From assembly GCA_016700035.1 (NCBI GenBank), contig CP064998.1, positions 334,790 through 398,789 on the forward strand: a stretch of 64,000 nt of DNA. The letters run 5' to 3'. Both the position numbers and the translations under genes were made by a program. Below are positions 37,548 to 45,831 of the stretch, piece by piece. This stretch comes from a bacterium. GTDB taxonomy: Bacteria > Patescibacteriota > Saccharimonadia > CAILAD01 > GCA-016700035. The notes beneath the pieces were generated by a model that searched no databases, was not told where the DNA came from, and saw only the letters and a list, made by a program, of their open reading frames with translations. Each line of letters begins with the position of its first letter. Position 1 is the stretch's first letter.

Positions 37548-39178
37548 GCGCAAAGAAAGCCAAACGGCAAAAGAAGTTTCAGAATTTTACAAAAAAATAT
37601 GGTGTCTGGCTAGTTTTAGCGGGGATTGTACTGATTGGAGTATTTTTTAGGTTCTATTCACTAGCTAGCTTACCACCTGGACTTCACCCCGATGAGGCAG
37701 CTAATGGGCAAGACATTTTTAGAATTTTTTCAGGTGATATTCGCGCTCTGTATGCTACTAACGGTCCGCGTGAGTCACTATTCTTCTTCATTCAGGCAGC
37801 TTTTGTGAAGTTATTAGGCAACACACTATTGGCAATCCGTATGGCTCCAGCCCTGATGGGAACATTGGCGATTATTGCAGTTTACTTCTGGGCGAAAGAT
37901 TGGTTTGGTCAGCGGGTTGGACTAATTGCAGCCTTCTTTTTAGCAGTTAATCCTTGGGTGGTAATTATTTCACGCGATGGCTTTAGAGCCAGCATGACTC
38001 CGTTGATGGTAGCAATGGTGGCATATTTGGGTGGGCGAGCTATTAAGACTCGCAAAATTGGTTATTTTATCGGAGCCGGTATCTTTCTTGGGCTCGGATC
38101 TTATACTTATACGGCCTATCAGTTAATGCTGGCGGCTGTGGTGGGGCTACTGTGTTATATCGCATTGTTTAGGCGTCAGTGGCTCAAGGGGCAGGGAAAG
38201 AATATTGCGGCTGCTTTGATTGCTTTCTTATTAGTACTATCGCCGTTAATTTTTTACTCGGTTAAGAACCCAGATGCCGGAGCAAGGGCTGGAGGTACAA
38301 GCTTTTTAAATAAAGATCTTAATAAAGGTAAGCCTATGCAGACTTTACTTGATAGTACCCAAAAGACTCTATTGCAATATAATTTCACTGGTGACGATAA
38401 CGCTCGACATAATGTGCCAGGTGAGCCGTATCTCAATACGTTTGTAGGCATTATGTTTATTCTGGGGGTTTTGGTGGCATTGTATTCCTTGCGTCATGCC
38501 CGCTACTTTGCACTACTTTTTATTGCTGGCGCCATGATGCTTCCAGCTGCTCTAACAGCCGAAGGCTTGCCACATGGCTTGCGTTCAATCGGCAGTGCCC
38601 CGGCAATTATGATACTGGCAGCCATCGGCCTGTCTTACTTTATCGGTCGGTGGTATGCAATTTTCCCAATCAATAGCCTTGCCCGTAATATCGGCTTAGC
38701 ACTGATTCTACTCTTGATGACAGCAACTTTTGTACAGAGCTATTTTGCTTACTTTAGAGCCTGGGCTGGAGCGCCGGGTACCTATGAAGCTTATGCAGAT
38801 GACATGGTGGCGATTAGTAACTACTATAATGCTCAGTTGGCGACTACGTCCAACGCCAAAGTGTATATGGTGGTTGATGGCTATTCAATCCGTACCATCG
38901 ATTATCTAACTCGCATAAAAGGTGATTATACTAAGCAAAAAAATGATGCTGATTTTGGTCTCAAGCGAGGGTCTGGCTGGGAACGATTAGAGTGGGATCA
39001 GGTAGATTCGATTGCGATTTCTGATCAGGCAACTATTTATGTTGTACAAAACAATCAGCATGCTCAGAGTGTTTTAGATGTGCTAAAAGTTAAGTATCCA
39101 CAAGGTAAACTCAATCAATCTCGTTCACCGCAATTTCCGGATCGAATTTTATACTACACGTTTGAGGTAAACCGATAA
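37544..39178 (+). CDS. GT39/GT83-family (ArnT/PMT-like) polyprenyl-phosphate-sugar-dependent glycosyltransferase
   Basis: 544 aa polytopic; first-loop motif PGLHPDEAANG (DE motif) typical of ArnT/PMT family. Confidence 0.75.
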   Translation: MSAKKAKRQKKFQNFTKKYGVWLVLAGIVLIGVFFRFYSLASLPPGLHPDEAANGQDIFRIFSGDIRALYATNGPRESLFFFIQAAFVKLLGNTLLAIRMAPALMGTLAIIAVYFWAKDWFGQRVGLIAAFFLAVNPWVVIISRDGFRASMTPLMVAMVAYLGGRAIKTRKIGYFIGAGIFLGLGSYTYTAYQLMLAAVVGLLCYIALFRRQWLKGQGKNIAAALIAFLLVLSPLIFYSVKNPDAGARAGGTSFLNKDLNKGKPMQTLLDSTQKTLLQYNFTGDDNARHNVPGEPYLNTFVGIMFILGVLVALYSLRHARYFALLFIAGAMMLPAALTAEGLPHGLRSIGSAPAIMILAAIGLSYFIGRWYAIFPINSLARNIGLALILLLMTATFVQSYFAYFRAWAGAPGTYEAYADDMVAISNYYNAQLATTSNAKVYMVVDGYSIRTIDYLTRIKGDYTKQKNDADFGLKRGSGWERLEWDQVDSIAISDQATIYVVQNNQHAQSVLDVLKVKYPQGKLNQSRSPQFPDRILYYTFEVNR

Positions 39179-39948
39179 TGACCACCAACCACGAACCACG
39201 TTTAACGATTTTAATCCCTACCTTAAATGAAGAAAAGCGGATTGGCAAAACTCTCAATACACTAGCTGAATATTTAAAAAAGCATAAATATAATGCAATT
39301 GTTGCGGTGGTTGATGCCAATAGTACGGATAAAACAAAGGCAGTTGCCGATACGGCTGGTAAGCGCTTTAGTCATTATGAGTTTTTGCAGACTGGCCCAA
39401 AAGTTGGTAAGGGCAAGCAGGTGCGTGATGGAATGCTATCAGCTAAGACTGACTATGTGATGTTTATGGATGCCGATTTGGCAACTCCACTAAAATACTT
39501 GGATCAAGTTTATGATTTGATTGAGAAAAAGGGTAAAGTGGGTATTTGTGTGCGTAATTTAGGTGAATCCCACAAAGGAATTCGTAAGTTTATTTCGACT
39601 TTTGGTAACTGGCTCACTCAAACCTTAATTGTGCCGGGTATTAAAGATACGCAATGTGGCTTTAAAGTTTTTGAGCGAACAGCGGCGCAAGAAGTTTTTG
39701 GTCGCCAGCGCATTGTTGGCTGGGGCTTTGATATGGAAGTTTTGGCAGTGGCGCGTAAGATGGGCTATCCTATAGAGCTAATTGATGTGCCAGATTGGCG
39801 TGATGTTGTGGAGGGAAGTAAGATTTCTGGTAATGGTGCTATGAAGGTAGCAATCCAGACATTTGGTGATCTATTAAAGATTAAATGGGGGCTTATTATT
39901 GGTAGATATAATAAAGTAAGCTTTCGTTATGTCGCATACAAAGACTAA
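39178..39948 (+). CDS. GT2 polyprenyl-phosphate glycosyltransferase (dolichyl-phosphate-mannose-synthase-like)
   Basis: LTILIPTLNEE, VVDANSTDKT, FMDADL (DxD) motifs. Confidence 0.8.
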   Translation: MTTNHEPRLTILIPTLNEEKRIGKTLNTLAEYLKKHKYNAIVAVVDANSTDKTKAVADTAGKRFSHYEFLQTGPKVGKGKQVRDGMLSAKTDYVMFMDADLATPLKYLDQVYDLIEKKGKVGICVRNLGESHKGIRKFISTFGNWLTQTLIVPGIKDTQCGFKVFERTAAQEVFGRQRIVGWGFDMEVLAVARKMGYPIELIDVPDWRDVVEGSKISGNGAMKVAIQTFGDLLKIKWGLIIGRYNKVSFRYVAYKD

Positions 39949-41515
39949 AAATCGTAAAGCTCGACAGACAGTCTGGCTACAGTTAACCCAAGAAAAAATT
40001 ATTGTACCTGCACTGATGCTGATTGCTACGGTAGTACGTTTTGCCACCATCACTAAGGCAAGTATTTGGCATGATGAAGGTTTTACGATGATGTTAATTG
40101 CCCGTAATCCAGCTGAGATATGGGCTGGCTCGGCTCGTGATGTACATCCACCACTGTTTTATGAACTCCTGCATGGTTGGACACAAATTTTTGGTCGATC
40201 AGAATTGGCCGCCCGTTCAATGAGTGCCGTAGCTGGGCTAGCAACAATATTTATTTGCTACTTATTGGTTAAGCGTTATTTCTCGCGTCAATCCGCTACG
40301 ATTGTCCTGCTCTTGCTGGCTTTGGCACCCTTCCTAATTCGCTATAGCCAAGAAGCTAGAATGTATGGACTGTTGGGGTTATTTACGATTGGTGCTACTT
40401 ATATGCTGCTTCGCTATCTAGAAAAGCGTAACAATAATCGCTGGTTAGTAGCTTATGCATTTTTAATGGCAGCAGGATTATTTACGCACTATTTTACAGC
40501 TTTAGTAGTGGTGGCACATTGGCTTTATGTGATGAGCCTAGAGACCCCGTGGCGATGGCGGTTTGGTAAAAGTTTTTGGTTATCTTGGCATTGGATTATA
40601 ACGAATATCGCTATTCTGATCTTGTGGTCACCGTGGCTGCCAAGCTTTTATGGTCAGTTTAGCCGTGGGCAAGGCATTAGCTGGATTCCAAGAACAACCG
40701 AACGTACTTTTACTAATAGTATGTGGCAAAATCTAACTTTTACCGATGGTGGACAATTGCCACAACTGGTTTACTGGTTAATACCACTAATGATTTTTGC
40801 TGGTGTCTCATATCTGGCTTGGCGTCTACGCAATAAAGTGCCACAGATAAAAATGCTCTATTTCTATACTTTCTTGCCGATTTTACTAACCATAGTTGTT
40901 TCGGTTGTGAAGCCAGTGTATCAAGATCGCTATTTAGTTTTTGCCGCCAATGGGCTGGTTGTACTAATGGGTATTGCAGTGTATGAGTTAATTAAACGCC
41001 AGCGAACGATTGGCTACACGGTGCTTGGTTTACTGGTGGCGGTATGTGTTGTTGGTGCTATGAATGTTGCGCGACAAGCTAGCCACAGCATGGGGAAAGT
41101 TGGTACCTATGTTGATCAAAAGTTTCAAGTTGGTGATGAGATTATATCAGCTGAACTATACACCTACTTTGACTTTAGCTACTACTGCAAGCAGTGTCTT
41201 GATGTGAGAAATCGCCAAACGCCACTGCCGGAAGGCTTTGAGGATTTGGCGGTGGCTTTACCAAGTTATGTGCAATTACAGCTTAACACTGTTGGCGGAC
41301 GACCAAATGGCTACGGTGAATCAGCGCTTTTATATGATCGATCAGAAAAAATTTATCTCGATGACTGGAGTCAGATTCATCCCGGTAGTGGAAGAGTGTG
41401 GTTAGTTGGCAAGCCAGGCGATAAGCCATATTGGCAAGAGACTCCAGTTAACTGGACGGAACTAGATCGATATCAGACCAATTCTTCGGAAGTTCGCCTA
41501 TACCAGGTGCAGTAA
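39929..41515 (+). CDS. Second GT39/GT83-family (ArnT/PMT-like) glycosyltransferase
   Basis: 528 aa polytopic; WHDEGFT first-loop DE motif. Confidence 0.75.
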   Translation: MSHTKTKNRKARQTVWLQLTQEKIIVPALMLIATVVRFATITKASIWHDEGFTMMLIARNPAEIWAGSARDVHPPLFYELLHGWTQIFGRSELAARSMSAVAGLATIFICYLLVKRYFSRQSATIVLLLLALAPFLIRYSQEARMYGLLGLFTIGATYMLLRYLEKRNNNRWLVAYAFLMAAGLFTHYFTALVVVAHWLYVMSLETPWRWRFGKSFWLSWHWIITNIAILILWSPWLPSFYGQFSRGQGISWIPRTTERTFTNSMWQNLTFTDGGQLPQLVYWLIPLMIFAGVSYLAWRLRNKVPQIKMLYFYTFLPILLTIVVSVVKPVYQDRYLVFAANGLVVLMGIAVYELIKRQRTIGYTVLGLLVAVCVVGAMNVARQASHSMGKVGTYVDQKFQVGDEIISAELYTYFDFSYYCKQCLDVRNRQTPLPEGFEDLAVALPSYVQLQLNTVGGRPNGYGESALLYDRSEKIYLDDWSQIHPGSGRVWLVGKPGDKPYWQETPVNWTELDRYQTNSSEVRLYQVQ

Positions 41516-41578
41516 ATTCTGTATCGCGGTACAATAGTAGTATCGCTTTTTTACGAATAAGAAAGGGGCATATTAGAT

Positions 41579-41866
41579 ATGTTAGATCAAATTAAGGCAG
41601 CTAATGAGTTGCGTAAAATTCAGAAAGAGTTAAAAAAAGTTGAGGTTGAGGCTGATGCCGGTAATGGCGCAGTAGTTATTGTAATGAATGGAGAGCAAAA
41701 AGTTACCAGCGTGAAACTCGATCCGGAGAAGTTTGACGTGCAGGATACTGGTCGATTAGAAAAATTGATTGAGTCAGCTGTTAATCAGGCTAATAGTGCC
41801 CTGCAGAGAGAAGTGGCAGACCGTATGAAGGGTAAGTTGGGTGGCCTCAACTTGCCTGGTATGTAG
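41579..41866 (+). CDS. ybaB: Nucleoid-associated protein YbaB/EbfC
   Basis: 95 aa; family-typical KxAxELxKxQxEL...V...G...V N-terminus and MxGxxGGLNLPGM tail. Confidence 0.85.
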   Translation: MLDQIKAANELRKIQKELKKVEVEADAGNGAVVIVMNGEQKVTSVKLDPEKFDVQDTGRLEKLIESAVNQANSALQREVADRMKGKLGGLNLPGM

Positions 41867-41884
41867 CGATATAAAAGGAGGGGA

Positions 41885-42487
41885 ATGGCTAAGATACTGC
41901 CACAGCAAATTATCTCGTTGGTTGATGAATTTGCAAAACTACCATCAATTGGCCCGAAAACAGCCGAGCGTCTAACAATGTATTTGGTACGTCACGGCGA
42001 CCCGCAACGGTTAGCCAGCGCTCTAGGTGATGTGCGTGAAGGATTGGGGTTTTGCGCCCAGTGTCATAGCTATGCGACTGATGAGTTGTGTGTGCTGTGT
42101 CAGGACAATAGTCGGGACGGCACAAGCATTGTGGTAGTAGCTCAGCCCCTGGATATTGTTGCTATTGAGAAAGTTGGCTCTTATAAGGGGCTCTACCATG
42201 TTCTGCATGGTGTGTTGTCACCAATTGATGGGGTTGGCCCAGCTCAGCTCAAGCTTGACTCATTATTAACGCGGGTACAGGTAGTGGCTCCGCGCGAGGT
42301 GATTTTAGCTACCAACGCCACCATTGAAGGGGAGACTACGGCCTTGTATGTAGCGCGGTTGTTGGCGCCGCAGAACATTAAAGTGACGCGCCTGGCACAT
42401 GGTTTGCCAGTTGGGGCGGATGTTGAATACGCCGATCAAGTTACCTTGGGTCGGGCTTTAGCCGGCCGTACGGAAATTACAGTATGA
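41885..42487 (+). CDS. recR: Recombination protein RecR
   Basis: HhH (LPSIGPKTAERL), C4 zinc finger (CAQCHSY...CVLC), Toprim domain. Confidence 0.9.
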   Translation: MAKILPQQIISLVDEFAKLPSIGPKTAERLTMYLVRHGDPQRLASALGDVREGLGFCAQCHSYATDELCVLCQDNSRDGTSIVVVAQPLDIVAIEKVGSYKGLYHVLHGVLSPIDGVGPAQLKLDSLLTRVQVVAPREVILATNATIEGETTALYVARLLAPQNIKVTRLAHGLPVGADVEYADQVTLGRALAGRTEITV

Positions 42488-43068
42488 GTAAGTTTGGTGG
42501 TTTTTCTAAGCCAGTTTTATTATTTGATTTTGAATCGACCGGCTTTGTACGCAACGAGCATGGTGATGTGGTAGATCCTGGCCAGCCAACTCAGCTGGGG
42601 GCGGTTTTATTGCACCCCAAAACTCTTATCGAAGAAAGCTACTTTATTTCAGATATACAGGCCGATCCAGATAAGCTTGATCCGTGGGTGTTAGAACATA
42701 CTAATATTACTGCCGAGCGTCTACGTCAGGCACCCGAGGCCAGAGAGGTGGCTGGTCGGTTTGTGGATCAGTTTGGTGTGGAGGTGTATTTGGCAAGCTG
42801 GAACGTGGTATTTGACCAATTCTGGCTAGACAAGCTGATGCAATCTGTTGAGCGACGTGCTACTATGTATGATTATCATCATCTTGATGTTTGGAGTTTA
42901 GCTTACAGTTACTTATCAAGCCGGGGGCATTCGGATGTTATCCGCAGTGAAACGACTTTTAAGCTCTTCGGTCAGTCCGATCGATCGGCTCATAATGCCC
43001 TAGATGACTGCCGAAGAACCGCTGAGGTCTTACGGGCAGTACTATTTGATACGGGAGTGCAACCATGA
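42484..43068 (+). CDS. DEDDh-family 3'-5' exonuclease (DnaQ-like)
   Basis: LLFDFESTGF Exo I, HNALDDCRRTAEV Exo III motifs; ATGA overlaps on both sides. Confidence 0.75.
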   Translation: MSKFGGFSKPVLLFDFESTGFVRNEHGDVVDPGQPTQLGAVLLHPKTLIEESYFISDIQADPDKLDPWVLEHTNITAERLRQAPEAREVAGRFVDQFGVEVYLASWNVVFDQFWLDKLMQSVERRATMYDYHHLDVWSLAYSYLSSRGHSDVIRSETTFKLFGQSDRSAHNALDDCRRTAEVLRAVLFDTGVQP

Positions 43069-44444
43069 AAAAAATAACTTTATATAACTCACTCTCGCAT
43101 AAAAAAGAGGCTTTCTTACCAGTTGATACTGGTCTAGTTGCGATGTATTCGTGTGGACCGACGGTGTATGATGCTGTACATGTTGGCAATCTTCGATCTT
43201 TTGTGATGGCTGATACTGTAGCTCGAGTCATGCGCTATGTGGCTGGCTACGAAGTGCGTTGGGTGATGAATATTACTGATGTGGATGATAAGATGATTGC
43301 CCGTGCCAATCAGCAATATCCTAATGATCAGCCAGCTGTAGCACTGAGGAAGTTGGGCGATAAATACGAAGCTAAATTCTTGCAAGATTTAGAGGACGTT
43401 GGCGTGGAGCTAGATGATATCTCAGCTTTTCCACATGCTACCGACTATATCAATAAAATGCAGAAGCTTATTGCTGAATTGTATCAAAAAAACATTGCCT
43501 ATGTGGCAAATGGTAGCATCTATTTTTCGCTAGAAGCTTATGCTGAGCAAGGTGGTGAGTATGGTCGACTAGCTCATATTGCCGAGACTACCAAGGCCCG
43601 GATAGATGACCAGGATCAAAAGCAAGGGGTTGGGGATTTTGTACTTTGGAAAGCGCATCGACCAGATGAGCCAAAGTGGGATTTTGAGTTAAATGGTGAG
43701 AATTACCCCGGTCGTCCAGGTTGGCACATTGAATGTTCGGCGATGAGTACTGATCTTTTGGGGGCCGAGTTTGATATTCATACCGGTGGGGTAGATTTAA
43801 AATTTCCGCATCATGAAAATGAGATAGCTCAATGTGGTGGCAGACTTGCTCGATATTGGATTCACAATGAACATCTGACTGTTGAGTCAGCAAAAATGGC
43901 CAAGAGTGTTGGCAACTTTGTTAAGCTAGATGATATTGCTGATCCATTAGCTTTGCGCTACATGTTTTTATCAGCTCATTATCGCTCACCGATGGATTAC
44001 TCCAATGGTGGTCTTATCTCAGCAGAAGTACGCCTAAATCGTTTGCGCGAGTGGGCGAGCAAAGTTATCAATAATCCTCAGCTCGGCAAGAATAGTAAGG
44101 TTAGTCAGCTAATAGCCAACTTTGATCGAGCCCTAGTTGATGATATAAATACCCCAAAGGCTTTAGCGATTTTAGCGTCGATTGAATCAACTGCTTGGCG
44201 TGGTGAGGATGTATATAAATTTATCCTGCATGCCGATCAAGTTTTTGGTTTGCATCTTCTAGAGAAAATGGAGCGAGTATCAGCTCGACCAGATGTGCAA
44301 GAACTGCTAGACGAACGAGAATTAGCTCGTAGCAAGAGTGATTACGCCAGAAGCGATGTGTTGCGATCTCAGCTTAGTGAACTCGGCGTGGGGGTTGAAG
44401 ATACTGCAAGTGGTCAGATAGTTTGGCAGATATTTTCAAAATAA
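43065..44444 (+). CDS. cysS: Cysteine--tRNA ligase
   Basis: SCGPTVYDAVHVGN (HIGH), Zn-binding C, KMAKSVGNF (KMSKS). Confidence 0.95.
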   Translation: MKKITLYNSLSHKKEAFLPVDTGLVAMYSCGPTVYDAVHVGNLRSFVMADTVARVMRYVAGYEVRWVMNITDVDDKMIARANQQYPNDQPAVALRKLGDKYEAKFLQDLEDVGVELDDISAFPHATDYINKMQKLIAELYQKNIAYVANGSIYFSLEAYAEQGGEYGRLAHIAETTKARIDDQDQKQGVGDFVLWKAHRPDEPKWDFELNGENYPGRPGWHIECSAMSTDLLGAEFDIHTGGVDLKFPHHENEIAQCGGRLARYWIHNEHLTVESAKMAKSVGNFVKLDDIADPLALRYMFLSAHYRSPMDYSNGGLISAEVRLNRLREWASKVINNPQLGKNSKVSQLIANFDRALVDDINTPKALAILASIESTAWRGEDVYKFILHADQVFGLHLLEKMERVSARPDVQELLDERELARSKSDYARSDVLRSQLSELGVGVEDTASGQIVWQIFSK

Positions 44445-44468
44445 AAGAGTCCCGATAAGTCAGGACTC
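44443..44468. terminator. Hairpin between convergent cysS and Cys-rich peptide gene; reads as rho-independent terminator on minus strand
   Basis: AAAA-GAGTCC-cgataagtca-GGACTC; minus-strand reading followed by TTTTATTTT. Confidence 0.5.
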
Positions 44469-44477
44469 GGTAGGTGG

Positions 44478-44627
44478 TTAGCGGTGGCTCTTACTCCACC
44501 ACTTACCACCATTGGAGCCAGCGCATGAGGCTGAGCAGACTTGGCCTTTATAGCAACCGTTACAACCTCTACCTTTGCAGGTAGTGCATTTTGAGGTGAT
44601 GGCGTGACAGCGGTCACAGGTCGGCAT
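44478..44627 (-). CDS. 49-aa cysteine-rich peptide (9 Cys; DnaJ-like CxxCxGxG zinc-finger repeats); not in ORF track (<60 aa)
   Basis: Hand-translated: MPTCDRCHAITSKCTTCKGRGCNGCYKGQVCSASCAGSNGGKWWSKSHR; AGGAG RBS 5 nt upstream; preferred over overlapping 72-aa track ORF whose ATG abuts the RBS. Confidence 0.5.
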   Translation of the reverse strand: MPTCDRCHAITSKCTTCKGRGCNGCYKGQVCSASCAGSNGGKWWSKSHR

Positions 44628-44639
44628 AGCATCTCCTAA

Positions 44640-44759
44640 CTACGTTGGATTGAGGACGGATGAGATGAAACCGATTGCGATAAGTATGAGAGTTAGGGTA
44701 AGGATGAACTTACCGAAGCGGCCAATGACAAAGCCTATCAAGAGCCAGACCCATTCCAT
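44640..44759 (-). CDS. 39-aa hydrophobic single-TM peptide, first gene of small-peptide operon; not in ORF track
   Basis: Hand-translated: MEWVWLLIGFVIGRFGKFILTLTLILIAIGFISSVLNPT; consensus AAGGAG RBS 5 nt upstream; stop overlaps RBS of Cys-rich peptide. Confidence 0.45.
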   Translation of the reverse strand: MEWVWLLIGFVIGRFGKFILTLTLILIAIGFISSVLNPT

Positions 44760-44794
44760 TTGGGCTCCTTAAGTGAGAGGTACAACTACGGTAT

Positions 44795-44803
44795 ATTATA
44801 CCA
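44795..44803 (-). promoter_or_regulatory. Extended -10 promoter (TGGTATAAT) for small-peptide operon
   Basis: Minus strand TGGTATAAT about 35 nt upstream of the 39-aa peptide ATG, immediately downstream of the terminator of the preceding gene. Confidence 0.4.
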
Positions 44804-44821
44804 TATTATGAAGTAAAAAAT

Positions 44822-44848
44822 AGGGCAGGACAATATTTGTCCCGCCCA
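44822..44848 (-). terminator. Rho-independent terminator after the 70-aa membrane protein gene
   Basis: GGGCGGGACAA-atatt-TGTCCTGCCC then TATTTTTTAC on minus strand. Confidence 0.5.
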
Positions 44849-44853
44849 TAGCA

Positions 44854-45066
44854 CTAGTTACGAGGTGTTCGATATTCGTGAAGCCATTTTGGACCATTCC
44901 AGACGATCAAAAGGACTCCAGGGATACCAATCGCCAAATACCAGTTAGTGTACTCGTCGCCGTTCTGGAAGATGATGTTGGTAATTACACTACAAGCAAC
45001 TAGGATTACACCAACTACAGTTAGAAGAATTGAATGCGATGCTCTAGTTTTTGTGTGATCACTCAT
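44854..45066 (-). CDS. Small 2-TM membrane protein
   Basis: 70 aa, two hydrophobic helices; ATGA-coupled to upstream secreted protein gene. Confidence 0.5.
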   Translation of the reverse strand: MSDHTKTRASHSILLTVVGVILVACSVITNIIFQNGDEYTNWYLAIGIPGVLLIVWNGPKWLHEYRTPRN

Positions 45067-45680
45067 TTGCAGGTCCTTCCACTATACTTGCTCCAGCTCT
45101 TGAGACCAGTAATAGTTATGATGGGTGCAGGTGGGCCAAGTGGAAGTACAGCTGGTCGATTGAATTGCCAAGCCGAGCACTTGGCTGATTTGATGCTGTG
45201 TTCCAGGTGGTCGGCGATGGTTGAATAGCGCAAAAGCACCGCGCCAGCACATAAAGCCCCGGCTGGCCCACTGATAAATGCACACAGAGCTCCGCCAGCT
45301 AGACTGGCAGCAATTTGTTTGCTTGGCTTCATTGGGCCATTAAATAGGTCATTCAGCCAAACCGTACGATTCCAACTGAAGTATACGGTGCAGGTGACGA
45401 TTCCACAGTCCATAAAGGTGCCACTGGGGTCGCTGGCCGCAAGGATCGTAGCCATCTGTGGGGATAGCTGGATCTGAGCAGAGACCATACTCGCATTGGC
45501 CACACGGGTGTTGATTGTGCGTGAACTGGTGTTTTGAAACCCCCGCTCGATAGTCTTTACGGTATGTTGAACCGCTATGATATCACGAGCAGTGGCTCCA
45601 GCTTGCGAAGACGGTCCGACTAGTACCGCAAGGCATAGTCCAATTCCCCCCGTAAGGAGCATAAGGTATCGTTTGGTCAT
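45063..45680 (-). CDS. Secreted/ membrane-anchored hypothetical protein (6 Cys)
   Basis: 205 aa with N-terminal signal-like hydrophobic segment (LMLLTGGIGLCLAVLVGPSSQA). Confidence 0.55.
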   Translation of the reverse strand: MTKRYLMLLTGGIGLCLAVLVGPSSQAGATARDIIAVQHTVKTIERGFQNTSSRTINTRVANASMVSAQIQLSPQMATILAASDPSGTFMDCGIVTCTVYFSWNRTVWLNDLFNGPMKPSKQIAASLAGGALCAFISGPAGALCAGAVLLRYSTIADHLEHSIKSAKCSAWQFNRPAVLPLGPPAPIITITGLKSWSKYSGRTCK

Positions 45681-45831
45681 AAGAGCCTCCTAACTCGCTC
45701 ACCCCAGCAGGATTTCCGGTGGAGCTGACCATTTCCTTATGGCTCACCTAAAAAAGGCAAACCAGACTACGATACGCTAATAATAGTTAAATGTCAATAG
45801 TCATTTTAAGATTGCACAAAGCAATCGTAGT

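Noticed and set aside
44414-44632. 72-aa minus-strand track ORF overlapping cysS 3' end
   Set aside because: Its ATG directly abuts the AGGAG (0-nt spacing) and the product is featureless. The alternative frame from ATG 44627 has proper spacing and encodes the Cys-rich peptide, so that was preferred. Both remain unverified.
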